A DNA stretch of 64,000 nucleotides from Squalus acanthias (GCA_030390025.1 CM059431.1:98024001-98088000), one strand, 5' to 3'. Shown: positions 25,207-38,133, numbered from the stretch's first letter. Numbers and translations: made by a program. Notes: generated by a model from the sequence alone, not told the origin.

Positions 25207-25778
25207 ATGCCTCATCAGCTGGTGATGACAGTAGTGTAGGAGCAGGGAGCCGAACCACAATCACACACCCACCAGCCGTGACTACACCAGGGGCAGGCGT
25301 GCACGTGTGTGTACGAGTGTGAGCACCGACTAACGTTACCGACACTTTGACTCACAACCAAGTTTGTGTGATGGAGAAGGGGTTCTTCTTTCACAACACA
25401 CAGGGGTCATTTCCATCTTGAAGGGCGGAGCAGTAATCTGGCCGAGCGGATTGTCCACTCGCGATCGAACCGGGTCCTGTAGTGGGCAGTCTACCCTCTC
25501 CGCCAGTTAACCATGCCGTGGGGGGCGGGAGACGAAAATTACCACCAGATATCGAAAGTACATGAAAGGTTTTGCCGCCAGCGTGCACCTGCAAGTGTCA
25601 CACTTAGTTCCTGTCACACTTTAGGCATCACACGTCAGTGCGTCCTCTGGCTCACCACGAGCAATGCCACCGGAGGTCTGTTTCTTTTCAGCGCCACTGA
25701 AGCTTTTGAATGGCAGCAAATGAGTGTGTTGAGAGTTTGCATTCAGCTGCTGAAGAACCTCCATCACCTTGTGTGTAG

Positions 25779-26670
25779 GTGTCAGCCCTGGCTCAATGGG
25801 CAGCACTCTCGCCTTTGAGTTAGAAGGTTGTGGGTTCAAGTCCCACTCCAGAGACTCGAGCACAAACCCAGGCTGACATTCCAGTGCAGTGCTGAGGGAG
25901 CGCTACACTGTCGGAGGGGCAGTACTGAGGGTGTGCTGCACTGTCGGAGGGACAGTACTGAGGGAGAGCCGCACTGTCGGAGGGACAGTACTGAGGGAGA
26001 GCCGCACTGTCGGAGGGGCAGTACTGAGGGAGCGCTGCACTGTCGGAGGGACAGTACTGAGGGAGCACTGCACTGTCAGAGGGACAGTACTGAGGGAGCG
26101 CTGCACTGTCGGAGGGACAGTACTGAGGGAGCGCTGCACTGTCGGAGGGACAGTACTGAGGGAGAGCCGCACTGTCGGAGGGGCAGTACTGAGGGAGCGT
26201 TGCACTGTCGGAGGGACAGTACTCAGGGAGAGCTGCACTGTCGGAGGGGCAGTAATGAGGGAGCGCCGCACTGTCGGAGGGACAGTACTGAGGGAGTGCC
26301 GCACTGTCGGAGGGGCAGTACTGAGGGAGTGCCGCACTGTCGGAGGAGCAGTACTGAGGGAGCGCTGCACTGTCGGAGGGACAGTACTGAGGGAGCGCCG
26401 CACTGTCAGAGGGGCAGTACTGAGGGAGTGCCGCACTGTCAGAGGGGCAGTACTGAGGGAGCGCCGCACTGTCGGAGATGCCGTCTTTCGGATGCGATGT
26501 TAAACCGAGGCACCGTCTGCTCTCTCAAGTGGATGTAAAAGATCCCACAGCCCAAATTGGCTGCCACGTTTCCTACATTACAAAAGTGACTACACTTCAA
26601 AAAGTACTTCATTGGCTGTAAAGTGCTTTGGGACGGCCTGAGGCCTTGAAAGGCGATGTGAGTCTTTTTT
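25779..26670 (+). mobile_element. Deu-SINE with ~18-unit 33-bp VNTR (25886-26477) and internal deletion
   Basis: Head with TGGCTCAATGG and GGTTCAAGTCC boxes. Array has a locus-specific GGGACAGTACT variant. Body jumps from GATCCCACAG to CAAATTGGCTGCC. Confidence 0.88.
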
Positions 26671-27119
26671 TCTGACGGTTTGGTAAATTTCAGCCAGATG
26701 CTCAGATGGAAGAATTCCTTTACCATGGGCTCCCTGCTTGTTCAGTGATTGTGGCCTTCCACTTTTCTCTCTGCAGTCATCATATTTCTCATTTCCCAGT
26801 AATGAGGCAGATTATTGAAGCCCATTGATTCAATTTCAACTTCCAAACAGCTACAACATCCCCCCAATAAAATATACAATGGCAAACCATCCCTGGGTAA
26901 CAGGCCCCTGACCAGGGCTACTGCTTCTGGGTAACTGAGTAAAGGAAATTCCTTTTTACTACATTGGATTTCAGGACTTTTATTCGTGTTATGGGATCAC
27001 ATTCCGTAATTCAGTTTGTTTTTCGGTGAAAACTGAAACCCAATGGCCTCACGTACGACATATAAAAGGGAGTGCAGCAGGGCATGAACGTGTCATGAAT
27101 TAATCTGCAACTATAAAAT

Positions 27120-27935
27120 ACCTCACGGAGTCACACCTCAGGCATCACACCACACGGGCGTCACACCACACGGGCGTCACACCACAGAGACATCACACCT
27201 CACGGGCGTCACACCACACGGGCGTCACACCTCACGGGCGTCACACCACAGAGACATCACACCTGATGGGCATCACACCACAGAGACGTCACACCACAGA
27301 GACATCACACCTCACGGGCGTCACACCACACGGGTGTCACACCTCGCGGGCGTCATACCTCACGGGCATCACACCACAGAGACGTCACACCTGACGGGCG
27401 TCACACCTCACGGGCGTCACACCACAGAGATGTCACACCTCACGGGCGACACACCTCACGGGCGTCACACCACAGAGATGTCACACCTCACGGGCGTCAC
27501 ACCACAGAGACGTCACACCTCACAGGCGTCACACCACAGAGATGTCACACCTCACAGGCATCACAACTCACAGGCGTCACACCACAGAGACGTCACACCT
27601 CACGGGCGTCACACCTCACAGGCGTCATACCTCATGGGCATCACACCACACAGGCATCACACCACAGAGACATCACACCTCACATGCGTCACACCTCACA
27701 GGCGTCACACCTCATGGGCGTCACACCACACAGGCATCACACCACCGAGACGTCACACCTCACAGGCGTTACACCTCACAGGCGTCACACCACAGAGATG
27801 TCACACCTCACAGGCGTCACACCTCACGGGCGTCACACCTCACGGGCGTCACACCTCACGGGCGTCACACCACACAGGCGTCACACCACACAGGCATCAC
27901 ACCTCACAAGCGTCACATAATAGAGGCATCACGCC
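27120..27935. repeat. Degenerate 15/17-bp compound minisatellite (GGCGTCACACCWCACG / GACGTCACACCACAGA)
   Basis: Directly visible interleaved units. Confidence 0.92.
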
Positions 27936-28543
27936 TCAAACGCAGAGCTTGGTGCATTGAGCAGAAACTGTATGTGATGCATCGACCCCTGTGGCCAAAA
28001 GTACTAGTTTGGGAAATCTACATCGTATGGAACAAGCCCCCCAGCTCCCAGACCGCAGTTTAGCCAGTGTCCTGAGCGAGTCTTTCGGAAGTGTGGCTTC
28101 CACCATCACATCCAGCTGATTCTTTCCCAGCGTCATAATGTGAGCTTGATTTAAGGCACCTGGGCCACTCTTCCCAGACACAGGATGCAACTTAATCCAA
28201 GTTAGTTAAAGTCTTGAAATCTCGGTCATTGCCTTCGAACTAACAAAGTTCATCGGAATTCCTTACAGACAAGTCTTTCAGTAGTGAGGTCTGATTTCAA
28301 TTACTGAGTACAATTTATCAAGCGCCTTCCCATGAGATCCCACTACAGTTCTGTTAATTAAGATTTATGAAACATATAAAAAGAAAGAAAGACTTGCATT
28401 TATATAGCGTCTTTCCAGCACCACTCACCAGCTTGGTATGAAAGGGTAGATTTTATGAATTAGAGCGCTGCTACAGAACCTCGCAGGGTGGGGAGGCATA
28501 CTGGGGTAACAGTAGAAACTCGGGCAGCTTAAAGTAAGAACAA

Positions 28544-28843
28544 AAGAAAGACTTGCATTTCTATAGCGCCTTTCACTGCCTCAGGACGTCCCAAAGTGCT
28601 TCACAGCCAATGAAGTACTTCTGAAGTCTAGTCACTGTTGTAATGTAGGAAACGCGGCAGCCAATTTGTGCACAGCAAGCTCCCACAAACAGCAATGTGA
28701 TAATGACCAGATGATCTATTTTATAGTGATGTTGGTTGAGGGATAAATATTGGCCAGGACACCGGGGGATCTCCCCTGCTCTTCGAAATAGTGCCATGGG
28801 ATCTTTTACGTCCACCTGAGAGGGCAGACAGGACCTCAGTTTA
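28544..28843 (-). mobile_element. Deu-SINE 3' half
   Basis: AAAGAAAGACTTGCATTTCTATAGCGCCTTTCAC...GCCATGGGATCTTTTACGTCCACCTGAGAGGGCAGAC is the reverse complement of the SINE body and tail. Confidence 0.88.
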
Positions 28844-29025
28844 ATGCTCATGATTGACTTTATCTTCTGCTCGGTAATGCACAGAATTGTGTCACACCCC
28901 ACGTGAATATCGAGCCCTGGCCTCTAAGTTGTTTCCAACTTCTAGATTCACATTTACGTGTCAATTTTTCTTAACTTCCTTTAAAAAAAAACTAAATTAT
29001 AGGGTTAAATCTTTACCAAGTGATA

Positions 29026-29582
29026 AGAACATAAGAATTAGGAGCAGGAGTCGGCCATACGGCCCCTCGAGCCTGCTCCACCATTCAATAAGATCATGGC
29101 TGATCTTCGACCTCAACTCCACTTTCCCGCCCGATCCCCATATCCCTAGATTCCCCTAGAGTCCAAAAAACTATCGATCTCTGTCTTGAATATACTCAAC
29201 GACTGAGCATCCACAACCCTCTGGGGTAGAGAATTCCAAAGATTCACAACCCTCAGAGTGAAGAAATTTCTCCTCATCTCAGTCCGAAATGGCTGACCTT
29301 TATCCTGAGACTGTGACCCCTGGTTCTAGACTCTCCCGCCAGGGGGAAAAAGCCTCTCAGCATCTACCCTGTCAATCCCCCTCAGAATCTTGCATGTTTC
29401 AATGAGATCACCTCTCATTCTTCTAAACTCCAGAGAGTATCGGCCCAATCTACTCAATCTCTCCTCATAGGACAGCCCTCTCATCCCAGGAATCAATCTA
29501 GTGAACCTTCGTTGTACCGCCTCTCAGGCAAGTATATCCTTCCTTAGATAAGGAGACCAGAACTGTGCACAGTACTCCAGGT
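29026..29582 (-). mobile_element. CR1-type LINE 3' fragment
   Basis: AAGAACATAAGAA tail. Minus-strand LEYCAQFWSPYLRKDILA motif typical of CR1 ORF2. Confidence 0.9.
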
Positions 29583-30101
29583 ATGATGCTGGGATCAGGG
29601 AGTCACACTCCTGGCAGCTCACATCAGGGAGAGACTCTCCGATGGGGAGTGGACTCACAGATCCAGGCACACAGAGAGGATTCCTGAGAAACTGGTGAGG
29701 CTCCATGTTGAAACGTTCCTGTTGTCCAGCTGGGTGGGACTGCACTCGCCTGGTTCCATTCTTATCTATCGAATTGTAGCCAGAGAATCACCTGCAATGG
29801 CTTCTCTTCCCGCTCCCACATCATTACCTCTGGTGTCCCCCAAGGATCTATCCTTGGCCCCTCCTATTTCTCATCTACATGCTGCCCCTTGGTGACATCA
29901 TCCGAAAACACAGCGTCAGTTTCCACATGTACGCTGACGACACTCAGCTCTACCTCACTACCACCTCTCTTGACCCCTCCACTGTCCCTGATTGGTCACG
30001 CTGTTTGTCCGACTTCCAGTTCTGGATGAGCAGAAATTTCCTCCAACTAAATATTGGGAAGACTGAAGCCATTGTCTTTGATTCCCACCACAAATTCCGC
30101 T

Positions 30102-30481
30102 CCCTGACCACCGACTCCATCCCCTGACCACCGACTCCATCCCCTGACCACCGACTCCATCCCCTGACCACCGACTCCATCCCCTGACCACCGACTCCAT
30201 CCCCTGACCACCGACTCCATGCCCTGACCACCGACTCCATGCCCTGACCACCGACTCCATCCCCTGACCACCGACTCCATCCCCTGACCACCGACTCCAT
30301 CCCCTGACCACCGACTCCATCCCCTGACCACCGACTCCATCCCCTGACCACCGACTCCATCCCCTGACCACCGACTCCATCCCCTGACCACCGACTCCAT
30401 CCCCTGACCACCGACTCCATCCCCTGACCACCGACTCCATCCCCTGACCACCGACTCCATCCCCTGACCACCGACTCCATC
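30102..30481 (+). repeat. 20-bp minisatellite CCCTGACCACCGACTCCATC x19 inside L2 ORF2
   Basis: Near-perfect array (two C>G variants). L2 sequence is continuous on both sides. Confidence 0.97.
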
Positions 30482-31235
30482 CCTCTCCCTGGTAACTGTC
30501 TGAAGCTGAGCCAGACTGTTTGCCACCTTGTATCATATTTGACCCTGAGATGAGCTTCCGACCTTATATCCGCGCCATCACCAAGACCGCCTACATCCAC
30601 CTCCGTAACATCGCCCGTCTCCGCCCTTGCCTCAGCTCATCCGCTGCTGAAACCCTCAACCATGCCTTTGTTATCTCGAGACTTGACTATTCCAACACAC
30701 TCCTGGCTGGCCTCCCACATTCTACCCTACGTAAACTTGAGGTCATCCAAAACTTGGCTCCCCGTGTCCTAACTCGCACCAAGTCCCGTTCACCCATCAC
30801 CCCTGTGCTCGCTGACCTACACCGGCTCCTGGTCTGACAACACCCCAATTTTAAAATTCTCATCCTTTGTTTTCAAATCCCTCCATGGCCTCGCCCCTCC
30901 CTATCTCTGTAACCTCCACCAGCCCCACAACCCCCCGAGATATCTGCGCTCCTCCAATTCTGGCCTCTTGCACATCCCCCGATTTTAATCGCTCCACCAT
31001 TGGTGGCCGTGCCTTCAGCTGCCTGGCCCCCAAGCTCTGGAATTCCCTCCCTAAACCCCTCCGCCTCGCTACCTCTCTCTCCTCCTTTAAGACTCTCCTT
31101 AAAACCGACCTCTTTGACCAAGCTTTTGGTCACCTGTCCTAATATCTCCTTATGTGGCTCGGTGTCAAAAATATTTTTATTGATAATCGCTCTTGTGAAG
31201 CACCTTGGGATGTTTTGCTATGTTAAAGGCGCGAT

Positions 31236-31891
31236 GGAGGAAAAATTCAGTCACGACTATTTTGGGCGCGAACATTTAATTAGCGCCGGTGACCGCGAAA
31301 TTGAGTGTTAGCGCCCCAAGAGGGAAGTGGAGACTAAATCAAGCTTCACTTCTTCTTATGGAGATAATGTCGGAGAGCGGGGCGGAGACTTCAGAAGGGA
31401 AGGGCCATCGCCGCAAGCTCTGCAATACCTGGACCACCAGGACAGCCGCGATCCCGCGCGATCAACCCAGCACTCAAGCAGAAAGCCGGGCTGGTCGATC
31501 GCGGGCAGGAACCCGCCGAAAAACCTGGAACGAGAAAGGTAAGTTTTTTTTCCACTTACCTCAGCTGCCTCGTCTTTAATCTTCGCTCCCGACGCGGCCT
31601 GCCGCCCGGAGCGCGCCTCCTGCAGCTGTCGGTGTATTCGACCGGTGCTGCTGTAGGGGGCGGAAGTGAATTCCGGGTCCGGGGCGCTACTGGGGCGATG
31701 AGCATGGCGATGACGTCACGATCTCCGACTGAAGGAGATCGCGGCACAACACCGTAGCGCCGCCGCAAAACTCCCGCCAAATATGGCGGGAGTCGATGTC
31801 AGCGCCGCGCCCGGTCGCCAAGCCATTTGCACCTTGTGAGCGCCCCCTGGGGGCGCTAACGGGAGGCGCAAAGGCACCCAATTTCACCCGC
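31236..31891 (+). mobile_element. Non-autonomous Harbinger MITE inserted in the L2 tail
   Basis: Ends GGAGGAAAAATT / AATTTCACCCGC. Flanks GAT / TAT split the L2 tail GGCGC-TAT-ATAAAT. Right subterminus GGCGCTAACGGGAGGCGCAA is shared with the autonomous elements. Confidence 0.82.
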
Positions 31892-32244
31892 TATATAAAT
31901 GTAAGTTGTTGTTGTTGTTGTTGCTGACGAGGCCGGGAGACCAGCAACGTTCCGACCATCCAAGCTCGAACACTTGGCAACGACAGCCCAGTGATGGCAA
32001 CACAAGCTACCGCACACCTTTCGTGCCTTGGCAGCACTGGGGGCTGGAGGCTGCCTGTCCACCCCCGGCATCCAGCATTGCCGCGGGCGCTGAGAGGTGT
32101 GGGGGTTGAAAGGTCAAAGTTTATCAGGCAGGACCGACGCGACCTGCTTCGTCAGGCCGCTGGGATCAGAACTTCCAGGATCACAAACCAAGGCTATAGT
32201 TAGAAAAAAAAAATGACTTTAATAAACTAAATTAATTGTTGACC

Positions 32245-32460
32245 TTTGTTATGGTCTGGAATGCGCTGCTTGAAAGGGCGGTGGAAGCAGATTCAATAGT
32301 AACTTTCAAAAGGGAATTGGATAAATACTGGAAAAGGAAAAATGTGCAGGGCTGTGGGGAAAGAGCAGGGAGGAGTGGAACTAATTGGAGAGCTCGTTCA
32401 AAGAGCCGGCACAGGCACGATGGGCCGAATGGCCTCCCTCTGTGCTGTAAGATTCTATGA
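32245..32460 (+). mobile_element. CR1 3' end (second subfamily)
   Basis: VMVWNALLERAVEADSIVTFKRELDKY plus 3' end GATGGGCCGAATGGCCTCCCTCTGTGCTGTAAGATTCTATGA. Confidence 0.85.
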
Positions 32461-32799
32461 CCTCTTTATGGAGATCATTTCTGTTACGCACATACCCAAC
32501 CGCACTGTAAAATCATGTAAGAATTCCCCGTATGGGGTTGAGCAGTTCCACAAGCACCTGATACTTGGGTTGAGCCTGGGGTATATCTCACTGATCCACC
32601 AGAGTGTGGTATTGTCCAGGTTGATCAGGGCAACTCACTGAGGGGTTCTTTGAAGGAAAGCTACAAGCTGCAAGTGGCGATAACATTTAATTTTTAAATT
32701 GCTTATAGTTTGCTACTTATATGTCACAAAGTTGTGATTTAGTCATAATTTGGGAAAATCAGCATCTAAAAAAGAGTTGGCATGTATCAGGTTCAGAGT

Positions 32800-33290
32800 G
32801 GGTGCAACAAAGGTTCACTAGATTGATCCCCGGGATGAGAGGGTTGTCCTATGAGGAGAGATTGAATAGATTGGGCCCATACTCTCTGGAGTTTAGAAGA
32901 ATGAGAGGTGATCTCATTGAAACATATAACATTCTTCAGAGGCTTGATGCTGAGAGGTTGTTTCCCCTGGCTGGAGAATCTAGAACCAGGGGTCACAGTC
33001 TCAGGATAAGCGGTAGGACATTTAGGACTGAGATGAGGAGACATTTCTTCACTCAGAGGGTGGTGAATCTTTGGAATTCTCTACCCCAGAGGGCTGTGGA
33101 TGCTGAGTCTTTGAGTATATTCAAGGCTGAGATCGATAGATTTTTGGACTCTAGGGGAATCAAGGGATATGGGGATCGGGCGGGAAAGTGGAGTTGAGGT
33201 CGAAGATCAGCCATGATCTTATTGAATGGCGGAGCAGGCTTGAGGGGCCGAATGGCCGACTCCTGCTCCTATTTCTCATGTTCTTATGTT
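32800..33290 (+). mobile_element. CR1-type LINE 3' fragment
   Basis: QQRFTRLIPGMRGLSYEERLNRLG...RGHSLRI...FFTQRVVNLWNSLPQ; tail TTCTCATGTTCTTATG. Confidence 0.92.
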
Positions 33291-33777
33291 TACTAAGCAC
33301 CGTTGTCCCGTTTTGTTGATGTGAATACATTGGGTAGCCCAGGGACAGCGCAGATTCAAGGTTCAATACACCGCACGGCTGGGAGGCTGTCATACACAAC
33401 TCAACAACAGCTCTGTGCACCGTGAGCCCTGGGACAAGGGCAGTCAACAAGGACCAGGCTCTATCTCAGTGGGGGTGGAAATATCTGCAGGTGAACGGAC
33501 CAGGGACTTTGTCACACAATTATTACCAGCCGGGCTCCCGATCCCAGCTGTCTTTCTATACTGGTTGGGAAGAGATGGGGTTCTGTGCAGGGTGTGAACA
33601 AGAGCAAAAGCAAACGGGATTTGCTTCAAAAAGAAAAATGTTCTTTTTTTGCAAGTTGGTTTGGTGTTCAGGCCAAATATGGTATTTGGTGGAATTGAGT
33701 GTGAGCTGGTTGGAATTTGAGCAGCTCGCTGAACAACGTGTGTTTGATTTTCTGTCTCCTGTGTGTTTATTGCTCCT

Positions 33778-33930
33778 CATAGGAACAGGAGGAGGGGCCA
33801 TTCAGCCCCTCGCACCTGTTCCACCAGTCAATGAGATCATGGCTGATCTGCGACCTAACTCCATTTACCCACATTTGCTCCATATCCCTTAATAGCCTCA
33901 CCCAATAAAAATCTATCAATCTCAGTATGG
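33778..33930 (-). mobile_element. CR1 3' terminal fragment
   Basis: ATAGGAACAGGAGGAGGGGCCATTCAGCCCCTCG...GATCATGGCTGATCT...CCATATCCCTTAAT. Confidence 0.75.
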
Positions 33931-33943
33931 AAAGCTGCAGTTG

Positions 33944-34293
33944 CGTGTATGTTTGTGTGTGCGTGTGTGTGTATACGTGGGTGTGTGTGCATGTGTGTGT
34001 ATACGTGGGTGTGTGTGTGTGTTGTAGGTGTGTGTGTATACGTGGGTGAGTGTGTGTGCGCATGTGAGTGTGTACTTGAGTGAGTGTGTGTGTGTGTAGG
34101 TGAGTGTGTGTGTGTAGGTGTGTGTGTGTAGGTGAGTGTGTGTGTGTAGGTGAGTGTGTGTGTAGGTGAGTGTGTGTGTGTGTAGGTGTGTGTGTGTAGG
34201 TGAGTGTGTGTGTGTGTTTGTGTGTGTAGGTGAGTGTATGTGTGTGTGATTATGTGTGTGTGTGTGAGGGTGTGTGAGTGTGTATGTGTGTGT

Positions 34294-34333
<40 letters not shown>

Positions 34334-34992
34334 TTGTGTGTGTGTGTGAGTGAGTGAGTGTGTGTGTAGGTGTGTGTGTGTGAGTATGTGTGAGTGTGTG
34401 TGTGTCAGTGTGTGTGTGTGAGTGTGTGTGTGTGTGTGAGAGTGTGTGTGTGAGTGAGTGAGTGTGTGTGTAGGTGTGTGTGTGAGTATGTGTGTGTGTG
34501 AGAGTGTGTGTGTGTGTGTGTAGGTGTGTGTGTCAGTGTGTGTGTGTGTGTGAGAGTGTGTGTGTGTGTGAGTGAGTGTGTGTGTAGGTGTGTGTGTGAG
34601 TATGTGTGTGTGTGTGTGAGAGTGTGTGTGTGAGTGAGTGTGTGTGTAGGTGTGTGTGTGTGAGTATGTGAGTGTGTGTGTGAGTGTGTGTGTGTGAGTG
34701 TGTGTGTGTGAGAGTGTGTGTGTGTGAGTGAGTGTGTGTGTGTGAGTATGTGTGTGTGTGAGTGTGTGTGTGTGTGTGTATGTGTGTGTGTGTGAGTGTG
34801 TGTGTGTGTGTGAGAGTGTGTGTATGTGTGTATGTGTGTGTGTGTGTGAGTGTGAGTGAGTGTGTGTGTGTGTGAGAGTGTGTGTGTGGGTGTTTGTGTG
34901 AGTGATTGTGTGGGTGTGTGGGTGTGGGTGTTTGTGTGAGTGTGTGTGTGTGTGAGTGTGTGTGGGTGTGGGTGTGTGTGAGTGTGAGTGTG
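33944..34992. repeat. Long imperfect (GT)n microsatellite
   Basis: About 1 kb of GT with GA/TAG interruptions. Confidence 0.98.
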
Positions 34993-35947
34993 CATGCTTG
35001 GGATTTCAAACAAGGTATTTTTTATACAGTAAGTGGTATATTTCACTGGAAGAGTCAGACCAGCACTTAATGAAGTTACCGATCTATATTGACTATCTCC
35101 TTAAATCACATCTCTGATGGAATGGATGATCTGTTCAGAACTCTTCCTCACAAAGCTCCACTCCCACCATATTCCCACATTCAACTGAGTGACCTGCAGC
35201 TGGGGTCAATGGAAGTCCCATTCACATACAGACAAGCAGGTCCCTGCAGAGTAATTAAACTGCAAGGATGTTTAGGCTACACTGAAATCCATAGTGCCAC
35301 ACCTCAAAGGCCCAGTTACCCCTAGCCCCAGATCTGGTGCATAATACAGAAATAGCAGAGCTGGGAATCACCCGTACATTAATCGAGGACTCTCCATCAT
35401 CGAGTCCTGGACTCTCCGGAGAGTAACACTGACGTAGAAGCTCATCGCAACATTCCCTCTTTCTCACGAGTTTTGGACAGTCACCCACTGAAGATCACAT
35501 CTTCTGTTCCTGTTCTCAGCTAAAGACATTCACTTCCAAACAGTTGCTTTTTTTATATACACGATTGATAGACTTAATATAAACATATCGGGGGAAAAAT
35601 TAGGTCGCGCCCCGTTTGGGGCGCAAATATCGTCTGGACGCAAATATTAGCGTCTGGCGCTAATTATCGCCACTGACTGGAAACTTCACTTTTACCGCTC
35701 TGGGAGGTGAGTGGAGCGCTAAATCAGGCGCTGCACACCTGTCTTAAGACGCAAAGGCCGAGCAGTGAGGCGCTAACTCAGCGCGCGAGCGCAGCGCAGG
35801 TGCTGCCAGTTAGCGAGGGAACACAGACACACTGGCGCCGGCCAGTTCTTAAAGCGGGGGGGCCAACTTGCTCCCCAACCACACCCTGCTCATTGCAACC
35901 TTGAATCTCGGCCTGGAGAGACCTGTGAATCCATTTTGCTGCCAAGG

Positions 35948-37821
35948 ATGGAGAGGGTGAGAGAACGAGCTCAGCGCTTCACCAAGCGGGCCTTGGATGC
36001 TCTGGTTGGCGCGGTGGAGCGCAGAAGATCTATACTCTTCCCTGAGAGTGGCAGGAGGCCTTTGCCACGCGAGTACAGAAGAGTGTGGAGGGAGGTGGCT
36101 CAGAGCGTCTCCTCCAGGAGCATGGTGCCCAGGACCCACGTTCAATGCCGCAAAAAGTTCAACGACCTCACTCGGGTCGTCAGGGTGAGTGGCTTTTTCT
36201 CAATACCTCTCCATCCCTCCATCTCAACCTCACTCTATGGCCAGAGGGTCTTAAAACCCCAATGCACAACACTCATCCAACACCTATGGCCCTTTCATGA
36301 AACACACACACGCATTCCACACTTTGCATACAGTAAGGGCTATTCACCTATGGGAGGCACATCAGGCAAGACCATGGCTGCATACAGTAAGGGCTATTCA
36401 CCTATGGGAGGCACATCAGGCAAGACCATGGCTGCATACAGTAAGGGCTATTCACCTATGGGAGGCACATCAGGCAAGACCATGGCTGTATATTTACTCA
36501 GATGCTGTCCTTTTACTTGCAGGCCAAGCTGGCGCATAATAGGAGACAGCAGCAACGGACAGGTGGAGGGCGGCCTCAGCTGCAACCCCTCAGCGATCTT
36601 GAGGAGCGCGTCCACAGGATTGTGGCAAGCCGGGTGATCGGTCCCGTCGCCACTGGAGACGCCGACCCCGTTCTGGACAGCAATGGTAAGGTCATCACCT
36701 TTTTGTCCTCTGTCCTTCCACTTGTCCCTCACAACACCAGCCTTTGACACTTTCAATCCAACTTGCTAACTCGCTGCACTTATTCCTCCCTTACTGCCAC
36801 CCTGTCCTCACGCTAAAGCCACTCTTGTACCTCCCTGCTTTCAGATGGTGATTCACCAGCTGAGGAGACGGGCCCTGAAGCTGCCAGTGGGAGTGAAGCT
36901 GCAGCCGAGGAGGAAGAGGAAGCTGGAGCATCAGTGCCACCCTCTCCCGAGGAAGCCCATGCCCACACTGGGAACACGCCTTCCCTGGAGGGGAGCAGGG
37001 GGGAAGGGTCTGATGAGGGTGAAGCTCCAGGACCCAGCGGGCTGCAGCAACGCCATGGGGGTAGGGAAGAACGGGGGCCTTCTCCCCAGAGGGAGAGTAT
37101 GCCAGCGACTCCTACTGCAATGGACGCAGAGGAGGAGCGGCTGATCGCAGAAATGAACACCCAGGCGGTGGGCATCCACACTGAGCTCATAGGTGCAGTG
37201 GGAAGGGTGCCCGAATGCATTGAGTCACTGGCAAGGAGTGTGGAGCACTTCGCTGTAGCACAGGCGGATGCCACACTAAAGCTTAGTGCTGCAATTCAGT
37301 CACTGACTGCCGTGATCCCATCTCTGACTGCTCTCATGCAGACTCAGATTGAGGCCACGTGAGCACTGACTGCTGCCAACCTCGATGTTTCGTTCACATG
37401 TCCCCGGGGCTCTCACCGCGCCGCAGCAGGCCAGCAATCTGTGCTCCAGCAGATTGCTCCGGATGCTGAAGTGCTGCCCCTTGGGAGTGCCAGTGTGTCG
37501 GTCGAGCAGGGAGTTGCTGTCCTCTCTCACGATGACAGCATTCCTGCTGACAACATTGTCACTTCTCCACTGCACTTGCCACTGCCTGTAGGACAGACTG
37601 CTGCCGCCCATGCAGAGTTGGTGCAGTCTGCAGCCGGGCCCTCCAGGCCCAGAAGTGGTCGAGGCCATCCTTCAGGGGCATCTGCAGTGTCAGGGTCTGA
37701 CAATCAGCAGCCTTCCACCAGCCTTGTTGCAGCCACTGAGGTCCCATTACGGAGGAGCAGTAGGGTTAGAAGGGGGGAAGTGCGCAAGGGAAGAAGATCA
37801 CCCTCGAAGGGCAAAAAGTAG
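35948..37821 (+). pseudogene. Harbinger Myb/SANT-like DNA-binding gene, 3 exons (35948-36184, 36523-36685, 36845-37821), premature TGA at 37360-37362
   Basis: Trihelix motif RFTKRALDALV...VWREVAQSVS...RTHVQCRKKFNDL, continuing after a GT-AG intron as AKLAHNRRQQQRTGGG. Splice phases 0 and 1 are compatible. The TGA aligns with CGA in copy 2 and the frame continues to TAG at 37821. Confidence 0.85.
36326..36487 (+). repeat. 54-bp perfect tandem repeat x3 in intron 1
   Basis: GCATACAGTAAGGGCTATTCACCTATGGGAGGCACATCAGGCAAGACCATGGCT, three identical units. Confidence 0.97.
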
Positions 37822-38133
37822 GAGGTGTGACAAAATGCTGGTCATTTTTTTATTAAAGGCCGAGGTTCGTGGTCCAACTTTTGTCTAGTGTTTTGGACAT
37901 TATCTCCAGGTTGTGAGAACCAGTTATGTTAATGACTGTTTTTTTGTGTTTATTTCTATGAGTTTGTCATGAGGAAATGACACACACAGAGTTTGTAAAA
38001 TAAATAAGTTTTTGTATTCAAAATATACATGTTTGGTGTTTGGAATCATTGGTGCCTTGGCCGGCTTAGGGGTTGCGTGCTGGGTTCATTGATGTTGTTA
38101 GCAATGGCAGAAGCCATTTCCACAGCAGGGGCC

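Larger units (their letters stand above)
29790..31925 (+). mobile_element. L2-type LINE RT/3' fragment, interrupted by a 20-bp VNTR and a MITE
   Basis: RT motifs GVPQGSILGP (~29831) and FHMYADDTQLY. C-terminus [25 protein letters not shown]. Tail resumes at 31892 (TATATAAATGTAAG(TTG)n). Frameshifted. Confidence 0.92.
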
